From Candidatus Poribacteria bacterium (lineage in GTDB: Bacteria > Poribacteria > WGA-4E > WGA-3G): a stretch of DNA of 62,599 nucleotides. Both the position numbers and the translations under genes were made by a program. A model generated the notes under the pieces. It saw nothing but the letters and a program-made list of their open reading frames with translations, was not told the DNA's origin and searched no databases. Position 1 is the stretch's first letter, and every line of letters starts with the position of its first letter. Positions 18,555-25,738 of this stretch are shown piece after piece. The stretch covers positions 27,171-89,769 of the forward strand of contig PYJE01000200.1 of NCBI GenBank assembly GCA_003635305.1. Direction: 5' to 3'.

Positions 18555-18764
18555 ATGTCACATTATACCGCGCAAATCCAATACACCGGCGAATGGTGGA
18601 TTGGATGGATGCATGAGATTTCTGGCGTAAATTGCCAAGAACGGACGCGGGAAGAACTGTTGGAAAGCCTGCAATCCGCGCTTCGCGACATTTTGGAATA
18701 CGACGCGCAGCAAGCAAAACGCAGCGGGGAAGACGCGTTTGAGGTAGTTGACATCGCCGTATGA
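18555..18764 (+). CDS. HicB-family antitoxin-like small protein (UPF0150 fold)
   Basis: YTAQIQYTGEWWIGWMHEISGVNCQERTREELLESLQSALRDILEY fits the short HicB pattern. The AAGGAG RBS overlaps the stop of the TIR-like gene. An alternative ATG is at 18549. Confidence 0.55.
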   Translation: MSHYTAQIQYTGEWWIGWMHEISGVNCQERTREELLESLQSALRDILEYDAQQAKRSGEDAFEVVDIAV

Positions 18765-18823
18765 AATCCAACTCGTCCGCCGCTATCACCGACTCATAGC
18801 AAGGACAAAACTAGGAAAACCGC

Positions 18824-20914
18824 ATGCCTACTCTCGATTTCAGAGGCAAACAATTTATCTATTCGCATCACCTTACCGTGCCTTTTCGCACGCTGGAGGT
18901 AGATGCGGCTAAGTCGTTCAAAAGTCCACCCTTGGATGAGCACGTGCGAGGGACAGGCCCTCGCGCTACGGGCGACACCGGAGGAAACCATCTTTCCTTG
19001 GATGAGCACGTGCGAGGGACAGGCCCTCGCGCTACGGACGACACCGGAGGAAACCCTCCTTCCTTGGATGAGGACGTGCGAGGGACAGGCCCTCGCGCTA
19101 CGGACGGCCCCGGCGGAAACCATCTTTCCTTGGATGAGCACGTGCGAGGGACAGGCCCTCGCGCTACGGACGGCCCCGTCGGAAACCACCCTTCCTTGGA
19201 TGAGAATCTCATCATTCATGGCGATAATTTGCACGCGCTGAAGGCACTCCTCCCGAAATATGCAGGGAAAATTAAGTGCGTTTACATCGATCCGCCCTAT
19301 AACACCGGCAACGAAGGCTGGGTTTACAATGATAATGTCAACAGCCCGATGATGCAAGGGTGGTTGTCGAAAAACTCGCCGATTGACGTTGAAGATATGG
19401 AACGGCACGACAAGTGGCTGTGCATGATGTGGCCGCGGTTGCACCTCTTACGGGAGCTGCTCGCCGAAGATGGCGTGATTTTTATCTCCATTGACGATAA
19501 CGAGGTGCATCTCCTCCGCGCTATCATGGATGAGATTTTCGACGCGCAACGGATTTTCCCCGATGGAAACTTCGTCGGACAATTTGTCTGGGCGGCCGGA
19601 CGGAAAAATAACGCGCGGCTCTTCTCCAACTCGCACGATTATATCTTGTGCTACCTCAAAAATCACGAGTTCCTGAATCAATCGGGAACTACGTGGCGCG
19701 TTCGGAAACAGGGACTGGACGACATCTATAAAAAACACGCCGCACTCCAACGGAAACACGGACAAGATTTTGCGACAATTGAGGGGGAATTGGCGGCATG
19801 GTTTAAAGGGCTCCCCGATGGCCATTCGGCGAAACGGCACAGCGACTACTGTTATGTGGATGGCCGAGGCCCTTACAGTTCCTCAAATACATCCGCCCCA
19901 GGTGGCAATGGGGACAGGTATCCGGTTATCCATCCGACAACGGATAAGCCGTGCGCCATTCCCGCAGGCGGTTGGCGTTATACCCGACAAGAAATGGAGG
20001 CACTTATTGCGGATAACCGCGTCCACTTTGGGACTGATGAAACCTCTGTCCCCAGACGCAAACTTTATCTGAAGGAGACTGAATACGAAGTTCCCTACAG
20101 CGTCTTCTACAAAGATGGCCAAGGGGCAACGAAGCGATTGCGTAGACTTCTTGGGCAGCCTTTCCCGTTTCCGAAAGACGAGGAAGTGCTCAAACCGCTT
20201 TTTGAGGCAGTAACAGGACCGGACGACATTATCCTTGATTCCTTTGCTGGTTCTGGCACCACGGCGCACGCTGTCCTCGCGCTCAACAGAGAAGATGGCG
20301 GCAACCGTAAGTTCATCCTTGTTGAATGTGAAGACTACGCCGACACCATCACTGCTGAACGCGTCCGGCGCGTGATGAACGGCGTGGATTCTGCCAGAGA
20401 TGCAACTCTTCGGCAAGGCTTGGGGGGTTCGTTTACCTATTGCACTCTCGGCGGGACTATTGACGAGGAAGGGATGCTTACCGGTGAAACTTTACCGACT
20501 TATGAGAATTTGGCGAGTTATATTGCGTATGTGGCGACTGGGAGTTCGGTTGCGATGGGGCGAGCGCAACCTACAGGCAGAGATGCGATGGGGCGAGCGC
20601 AACCTACAGACTGCAAACCGGAACGGCATCGAGACTGGGAGAGCTCGCCTACCGGGCAAGAGGACTACTTTTTCGGTGAGACTGAGACCCTTCGTTTCTA
20701 TCTCATCTATGAACCAGACCTTGCCTTTTTGGAGAGCGATGCGGCGGCGTTAGATGGAAATCGGGCGGCGCGGATTGCGGAACAGTGTAAGGCATCGGGG
20801 AAGAAGGCGTATGTCTGGGGTGCGCATAAGTTTATGAGTCAGAAGGAGTTGACTCCGATGGGGATTACGTTTTGTCAGTTGCCGTATAATATTTATCCTA
20901 TTATGGATGGGTAA
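18824..20914 (+). CDS. mod: Type III restriction-modification methyltransferase (Mod; beta-class N6A/N4C MTase) carrying in-frame repeat insertions
   Basis: NLIIHGDNLHALKALLPKYAGKIKCVYIDPPYNTGNEGW (motif IV DPPY) lies N-terminal to ILDSFAGSGTTAHAV (motif I FxGxG). mod-then-res gene order. Confidence 0.85.
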   Translation: MPTLDFRGKQFIYSHHLTVPFRTLEVDAAKSFKSPPLDEHVRGTGPRATGDTGGNHLSLDEHVRGTGPRATDDTGGNPPSLDEDVRGTGPRATDGPGGNHLSLDEHVRGTGPRATDGPVGNHPSLDENLIIHGDNLHALKALLPKYAGKIKCVYIDPPYNTGNEGWVYNDNVNSPMMQGWLSKNSPIDVEDMERHDKWLCMMWPRLHLLRELLAEDGVIFISIDDNEVHLLRAIMDEIFDAQRIFPDGNFVGQFVWAAGRKNNARLFSNSHDYILCYLKNHEFLNQSGTTWRVRKQGLDDIYKKHAALQRKHGQDFATIEGELAAWFKGLPDGHSAKRHSDYCYVDGRGPYSSSNTSAPGGNGDRYPVIHPTTDKPCAIPAGGWRYTRQEMEALIADNRVHFGTDETSVPRRKLYLKETEYEVPYSVFYKDGQGATKRLRRLLGQPFPFPKDEEVLKPLFEAVTGPDDIILDSFAGSGTTAHAVLALNREDGGNRKFILVECEDYADTITAERVRRVMNGVDSARDATLRQGLGGSFTYCTLGGTIDEEGMLTGETLPTYENLASYIAYVATGSSVAMGRAQPTGRDAMGRAQPTDCKPERHRDWESSPTGQEDYFFGETETLRFYLIYEPDLAFLESDAAALDGNRAARIAEQCKASGKKAYVWGAHKFMSQKELTPMGITFCQLPYNIYPIMDG
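18930..19193. repeat. 4 x 66-bp tandem repeat with a GCGAGGGACAGGCCCTCGC REP hairpin, in frame inside mod
   Basis: Units start at 18930, 18996, 19062 and 19128. Each encodes LDEHVRGTGPRAT(G/D)..GGN..S, just before the conserved NLIIHGDNL block. Confidence 0.9.
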
Positions 20915-20962
20915 GGGATTTGGAACGTAGGGTGGGGGCCTGTCCCCCGCCGTGTTAGAGCT

Positions 20963-21195
20963 GCGAGGGACAGGCCCTCGCGCTACGATGAAGGGGCGTT
21001 TAGATGAGGCGGCGTTTAAGCGAGGACTAACGATGGCACGCAACGTTGCGAGGGACAGGCCCTCGCGCTACGATGAAGGGGCGTTTAGATGAGGCGGCGT
21101 TTAAGCGAGGATAACGATGGACCCAACGTTGCGAGGGACAGGCCCTCGCGCTACGATGAAGGGGCGTTTAGATGAAGAGGCGTTTAAGGAAGAAT
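20963..21195. repeat. ~2.8 x 85-bp tandem repeat (REP hairpin plus flank) filling the mod-res spacer
   Basis: gcgagggacaggccctcgcgctacgatgaaggggcgtttagatgaggcggcgtttaagcgagga..aacgtt starts at 20963, 21048 and 21131. The last copy runs into the res RBS. Confidence 0.9.
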
Positions 21196-21199
21196 AACT

Positions 21200-24037
21200 A
21201 TGGAACTTAAAGACTATCAACAGCAAGCATTAGATACCTTGGAACGCTATTTAGTTGCACTGAGGGAGGCGCGCCAGAAGGCAGAGGAACTCGCGGCGGC
21301 ATTAGCATCGCCGGAACTCCCTTCTGTCTTGCAAGAACAAGCGGCGGCCCTGGCAGCGGATGCTGAAGACTACCCGCGGAAAGCGTGGGAAAATCTCCGA
21401 GAAAAGGGAATGTTGCCGGGTATCGCCGCTCAGGTGCCCGAGTATATTCCTCGCGAAACCGCTTCTGGTGCACCTATCCCGCACGTCTGTCTCAAAGTGC
21501 CGACAGGTGGTGGGAAGACGTTGCTTGGGGTGGAAGCGGTGCGTCGTCTTAAACTCGGCAGAGGGTTTCTCTTATGGCTTGTGCCGACGAAAGCGATTTA
21601 TACGCAGACGTGGGATGCGTTTCGGAACCGCGAGCATCCGTATCGGCAGAGCTTGGATCGGGCATCAGGTGGCCGCGTCAAACTGCTCCAAAAAGACGAC
21701 AGGTTCACGAAGCGAGACGTTGAGGACTATCTCTGTGTTATGCTCCTCATGCTGCCTGCCACGAACCGCAATCGGAACAAGGAATTTCTCAAAATGTTCC
21801 GCGATAGCAGCGGCTATGCATCCTTTTTTCCGGTCGAAGACGACATTCGGGAACACCAGGCGTTATCGGAAAAATACCCAGACCTTGAGGTAGTAGGCGA
21901 GCTCGGAGGGGGCGCGGTTACAAACCGCGCCTACGAGGGAGAAGAGCTCGGAGGGGGCGCGGTTGCAAACCGCGCCTACGGGGGAGAAGAGCTTGGAGGG
22001 GGCGCGGTTGCAAACCGCGCCTACGGGGGAGAAGAGCGAGGAGTGGACGCGGTTGCAAACCGCGCCTACGAGGGAGGAGGGGGAGGAGAGTTCGGAGAGC
22101 CCTCCGGTTCCCGAACTGAACCGCATCAACTTCGCGGCATCCTCGCTGTTAATCGCGCGGATAGGTTGATTAAGCAGAGCCTTTTCAACGTGCTGAAATT
22201 GCTACGTCCGACGGTAATCTTGGACGAGGCGCACAAAGCATACGGGAGTCGAAATGCAGAGAACAATCAGCAGTTCGTGGCGGCTGTAAACCGTCTGAAT
22301 CCGCGCTTTGTGTTGGAGCTCTCTGCCACGCCGCAGCTGGGTATCAGCAACATCCTCGTGAACGTTTCCGGTGTCGCTCTCAAGGAAGAGGAGATGGTAA
22401 AACTCCCCATCCACCTGCGGAATTTTCCGGATTCGGATTGGCGGTATACCCTTGCGCAGACGAAGGCGGAACGTGATAGCCTTGAGGAAGCGGCAAGGCA
22501 GTTTCAGACTACCGATGCCCGTTATATCCGTCCCATCGCGGTGATTCGGGTAGATAGGACGGGCAAAAACCAGCGCGATGGCGTTCGGGTGCATGCCGAA
22601 GATGCCCGCGAGGAACTGATGAACGCCCTCGGTGTGCCAGCATCGCAAATCAAGGTGAAATCGTCGGAGCAAGACGAACTCGCTGGTATTGAACTGCTCA
22701 GTCCGTTTTGCCCGGTTCGCTACATTATCACGAAAGATGCGCTGAAGGAGGGATGGGATTGTCCGTTCGCTTATCTGTTGGCACTTTTGGATAACACCAC
22801 GGCGAAGACAGCGATGACGCAGCTCATTGGCAGAGTGATGCGGCAGCCGCATGCCCGCGCCACAAACGTCGCGCAATTGGATAGCTGCTATATCTACTGC
22901 TTCAACCAAAAAGTCGGCGATGCCGTTGGCAATGTCAAGAAGGGGTTAGAGGCGGAAGGGTTAACCGGGCTTTCCGATTACGTTGAGAGTTCGGCGACGG
23001 TGCGTGTTCAGAAAACCGTTCAACGCAGGCAGGAATACCGTGAAGTGGACATCTTTTTACCGCGCGTGTTGCATAAGGAGGGACGCGGCTGGCGAACCCT
23101 CAATTATGAGCGCGACATCTTGAGCGCGCTTGACTGGTATCAGATTGGTGCGGTGGAGCCGGTGGATTTGGAATCGCAGGGGCTCTTTCAGGAGATTCGT
23201 GCCACTATCCATCTGCAGGACGAGGCGGTGATTGAAAAGGCGCGGCAAGACGGTGCCGATGCTGGTTTGGAGCTCGCCTTTTTCGTGCGGCGTTTAGCGG
23301 ATGTCGTGCCGAATCCGTGGCAATCTGCGCGCATTGTCAAAGCAACGTTTAAACTCTACCGCGAACAAGGGATTTCTGAAGAGACCTTGGTTCAGAATAG
23401 GCTCTATCTCTCGGAGGTGTTGAAACACCGCCTGCGCGAACGCATTGAGCAGTTGTCTGAAAACATCTTCCGTGAGAAGTTGGCGACTCACAAAATTCAG
23501 TTTCGCCTGGAGACAGATGTGGCGTTAAACTACGAGTTAGAAAAAACGCTTGAGGTTAACCTGTCGCAGGGTGCCAGACCATTGACGCGGCCGCATGGAG
23601 ATGCGTTGCAACTGAACCTATTTGAGCCGGTTTTCGAGGCGGAATTCAACAATTTAGAGAAAGATTTCGCGCTCTATCTGGACGAAAAATCGGCGATTCA
23701 GTGGTGGCATCGTATCGCGGCGAAGCAGGGATATTTCTTGCAGGGGTGGCGGCGCGAGCGGGTTTATCCCGATTTCATCGCCTGTCTCCAGCGGCGAAAC
23801 CATCATCCGCGACGATTGCTCATCTTTGAGACGAAGGGACAGCAGCTTGAGGGCAACAGCGATACGACTTACAAGCAGCGGTTGATTGCGACTTTAGAGG
23901 AGGCGTATCGGAATTCAAGTTCGTATGGTATGATGAACGCTGCCGGCCCGAATGATTCGGCGATGTCGTTTCGGATGCTGTTTGAAAATAGTTGGCGGGT
24001 GGAGGTTAATGAGGTGATTGGGGCTCGCTGCAGGTAG
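21200..24037 (+). CDS. res: Type III restriction enzyme Res subunit (SF2 DEAH helicase + C-terminal PD-(D/E)xK nuclease) carrying an in-frame repeat insertion
   Basis: LKVPTGGGKT (Walker A), VILDEAHKA (DEAH), QLIGRVMRQ (motif VI), and C-terminal YPDFIA...LLIFETKGQ nuclease motif. 945 aa. Confidence 0.85.
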   Translation: MELKDYQQQALDTLERYLVALREARQKAEELAAALASPELPSVLQEQAAALAADAEDYPRKAWENLREKGMLPGIAAQVPEYIPRETASGAPIPHVCLKVPTGGGKTLLGVEAVRRLKLGRGFLLWLVPTKAIYTQTWDAFRNREHPYRQSLDRASGGRVKLLQKDDRFTKRDVEDYLCVMLLMLPATNRNRNKEFLKMFRDSSGYASFFPVEDDIREHQALSEKYPDLEVVGELGGGAVTNRAYEGEELGGGAVANRAYGGEELGGGAVANRAYGGEERGVDAVANRAYEGGGGGEFGEPSGSRTEPHQLRGILAVNRADRLIKQSLFNVLKLLRPTVILDEAHKAYGSRNAENNQQFVAAVNRLNPRFVLELSATPQLGISNILVNVSGVALKEEEMVKLPIHLRNFPDSDWRYTLAQTKAERDSLEEAARQFQTTDARYIRPIAVIRVDRTGKNQRDGVRVHAEDAREELMNALGVPASQIKVKSSEQDELAGIELLSPFCPVRYIITKDALKEGWDCPFAYLLALLDNTTAKTAMTQLIGRVMRQPHARATNVAQLDSCYIYCFNQKVGDAVGNVKKGLEAEGLTGLSDYVESSATVRVQKTVQRRQEYREVDIFLPRVLHKEGRGWRTLNYERDILSALDWYQIGAVEPVDLESQGLFQEIRATIHLQDEAVIEKARQDGADAGLELAFFVRRLADVVPNPWQSARIVKATFKLYREQGISEETLVQNRLYLSEVLKHRLRERIEQLSENIFREKLATHKIQFRLETDVALNYELEKTLEVNLSQGARPLTRPHGDALQLNLFEPVFEAEFNNLEKDFALYLDEKSAIQWWHRIAAKQGYFLQGWRRERVYPDFIACLQRRNHHPRRLLIFETKGQQLEGNSDTTYKQRLIATLEEAYRNSSSYGMMNAAGPNDSAMSFRMLFENSWRVEVNEVIGARCR
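21899..22078. repeat. 4 x 45-bp tandem repeat with a GGCGCGGTTnCAAACCGCGCC REP hairpin, in frame inside res
   Basis: Units start at 21899, 21944, 21989 and 22034. Each encodes ELGGGAV(T/A)NRAY(E/G)GE, between helicase motifs I and II. Confidence 0.9.
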
Positions 24038-24152
24038 CAATAACCTAGACAAATGCCGATAAATCTGCTATCACCTATATCAACTGCTTTTTTAATGTGA
24101 CGTTTCTATAAAAGGGGTATAATATAGGTACATGCAAAACAGATGAGTTAAG

Positions 24153-24293
24153 ATGGGTGAGGCCGCAGAATTACTCGGCACCACCCGTGAAACGCTGCGT
24201 CGCTGGGAAGAGACTGGCGAATGGCTACCCGCGCGGCAGACGAAAGGCGGGACGCGCTACTATGCCACAGGCGACTTGATGGGCCTGAAATGA
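24153..24293 (+). CDS. MerR/excisionase-type HTH peptide (46 aa), probably the N-terminal remnant of an IS607 serine-recombinase TnpA
   Basis: Below the track's length cutoff. My translation is MGEAAELLGTTRETLRRWEETGEWLPARQTKGGTRYYATGDLMGLK. This is the HTH pattern that precedes the resolvase domain in IS607 TnpA, and no catalytic domain follows. Confidence 0.55.
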   Translation: MGEAAELLGTTRETLRRWEETGEWLPARQTKGGTRYYATGDLMGLK

Positions 24294-24352
24294 AGCCCTC
24301 ACAGAGGCACACAAAGCCTCTCAACCGAAGCAGATAGAGTTGGAGTTGGACG

Positions 24353-25564
24353 ATGGCACTGCTAGCCCACAAGACAGCATTGCAACCGAATAAGGCGCAG
24401 AAGAAGGTGCTGAACCAGCACTGCGACTTCGCGCGCAACGCCTATAATGCCGCCCTGTCCGATTTTAAAGCAGGTTTGGATAACGGCGAATTCCGTTCGG
24501 TTTACGATTTGAAGAAGCTCTTCAACGCACGCAAGCGTGAGGCGTTTCCCGAAATCGATGGAAACCTGTCCATGAACGCAGGCAAGAATGCTATCCACAA
24601 TTTCCACGATGCTGTCAAACGCTGGCAGTCAGGACAGAACAACTTCCCGAAGCGGAAGAAGCATAACAGCCGTTCATCATTCCAAATTGATAACGGCGTT
24701 GGCAGTGTCAAGGTATCGGAGGATGGAAACCAGCACGTCATCCTCCCGAAAATCGGTAAGGTTCGCCTCGCTGAGAAACCACGCTGGACAGGTAAAGTCA
24801 GGCGTGCTGTCATTTCACGGACAGCTCACAGGTGGCAGATTAGCATGCTATTTGAGGTGGACGAACCCGAACCCCCCGATACATCACGTCTTCCCGCTGA
24901 AGGATGTGATGTCGGTATCAGCCAATTGGCAACCCTCAGCGATGGCACGACTTTTGAAAATCCACGCGCACTCCGTGTGCAAGAACGTAAACTGAAACGC
25001 CTGAACCGCAGTCTCTCCCGCAAAACATACCGCAGTGGCGGTTGGTGGAAAGCGAAGGAACTGCTAGCACGGTTGCATTTGCGAATTCGGCATATTCGGA
25101 TGGATGCACATCATCAGGCGACGCACAGGATATTGCAAGGCATTTCCGCGCTAGGCATAGAAAGCCTATCCGTCAAAGGACTGATGAAGAATCGCAAATT
25201 GAGCAAGGCATTAGCCGATGCCAGTCTCGGCGGTTTCCTCGTGAAACTGAAATATAAGGCGGTTCGGCGTGGCATTCGCATTGTGGAGGCAGACAGATTC
25301 TGGCCCTCTACCAAGCGGTGTAGCTCCTGTGGATATGTGAAAAAGAAAGTGTCATTATCCGAACGTGACTACCATTGCGGTGTCTGTGGTTTTCAAGCCG
25401 ACAGAGACGTGAATGCCGCGATAAACCTTAAGCAACTCGCTTCCAGCACGGATGAGCGTCTAAACGCCGTTGGAGCGTCTATAACACCTACCGCGGTAGG
25501 CTGGACGCGTGGAAGGCGGAAAGTCAAACCGAACCAAACGCTAATTGATTTCGCTACTGCGTAA
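24353..25564 (+). CDS. tnpB: TnpB (OrfB) RNA-guided endonuclease, RuvC + zinc ribbon, apparently intact
   Basis: GCDVGISQLATLSDG (RuvC-I D), LGIESLSVKGLMKN (RuvC-II E), CSSCGY...CGVCGF (Zn ribbon) and ADRDVNAAINL (RuvC-III D). 403 aa. Confidence 0.9.
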   Translation: MALLAHKTALQPNKAQKKVLNQHCDFARNAYNAALSDFKAGLDNGEFRSVYDLKKLFNARKREAFPEIDGNLSMNAGKNAIHNFHDAVKRWQSGQNNFPKRKKHNSRSSFQIDNGVGSVKVSEDGNQHVILPKIGKVRLAEKPRWTGKVRRAVISRTAHRWQISMLFEVDEPEPPDTSRLPAEGCDVGISQLATLSDGTTFENPRALRVQERKLKRLNRSLSRKTYRSGGWWKAKELLARLHLRIRHIRMDAHHQATHRILQGISALGIESLSVKGLMKNRKLSKALADASLGGFLVKLKYKAVRRGIRIVEADRFWPSTKRCSSCGYVKKKVSLSERDYHCGVCGFQADRDVNAAINLKQLASSTDERLNAVGASITPTAVGWTRGRRKVKPNQTLIDFATA

Positions 25565-25641
25565 CCTGACGGTACGCAGATTATAGCACATTTGATTAGA
25601 TGTGTCTAGGTTTACTAGTGCGGAGGGGTATGCTGCGGGAG

Positions 25642-25738
25642 AGTAGCACCGCCGCCGTATGTATGCCAAAACGTGGTTGCGCGCTTACAAAGCGCGCCTA
25701 CCGGCTAAGTAGCACCGCCGCCGTATGTATGCCAAAAC
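25642..25738. repeat. REP hairpin flanked by a 31-bp direct duplication of the dcyD-like 3' end
   Basis: agtagcaccgccgccgtatgtatgccaaaac occurs at 25642-25672 and again at 25708-25738. gttgcgcgcttacaaagcgcgcctaccgg lies between the two copies. Confidence 0.9.

Larger units (their letters stand above)
24042..25612 (+). mobile_element. IS607-like (IS200/IS605 superfamily) element: HTH-only TnpA stub + intact tnpB
   Basis: Gene content below, plus an imperfect 13-bp inverted repeat: aacctagacaaat at 24042-24054 versus the reverse complement of 25600-25612, aacctagacacat. It begins 5 nt after the res stop. The boundaries are tentative. Confidence 0.55.

Noticed and set aside
18761-18823. Possible hicA toxin gene downstream of the HicB-like gene: ATGA overlap and an ORF starting MKS....
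   Set aside because: The frame stops after 12 codons. A shifted frame gives ..LVRRYHRLIARTKLGKPHAY, which only vaguely resembles HicA. At best it is a decayed remnant and cannot be supported as a gene.
18794-19444. 216-aa minus-strand ORF with the repeated ARACPSHVLIQG motif.
   Set aside because: It is antisense to mod and is simply the REP tandem read on the other strand.
22202-22909. 235-aa minus-strand ORF inside res.
   Set aside because: It is antisense to a region of res with clear helicase motifs, and it has no recognisable motifs of its own.
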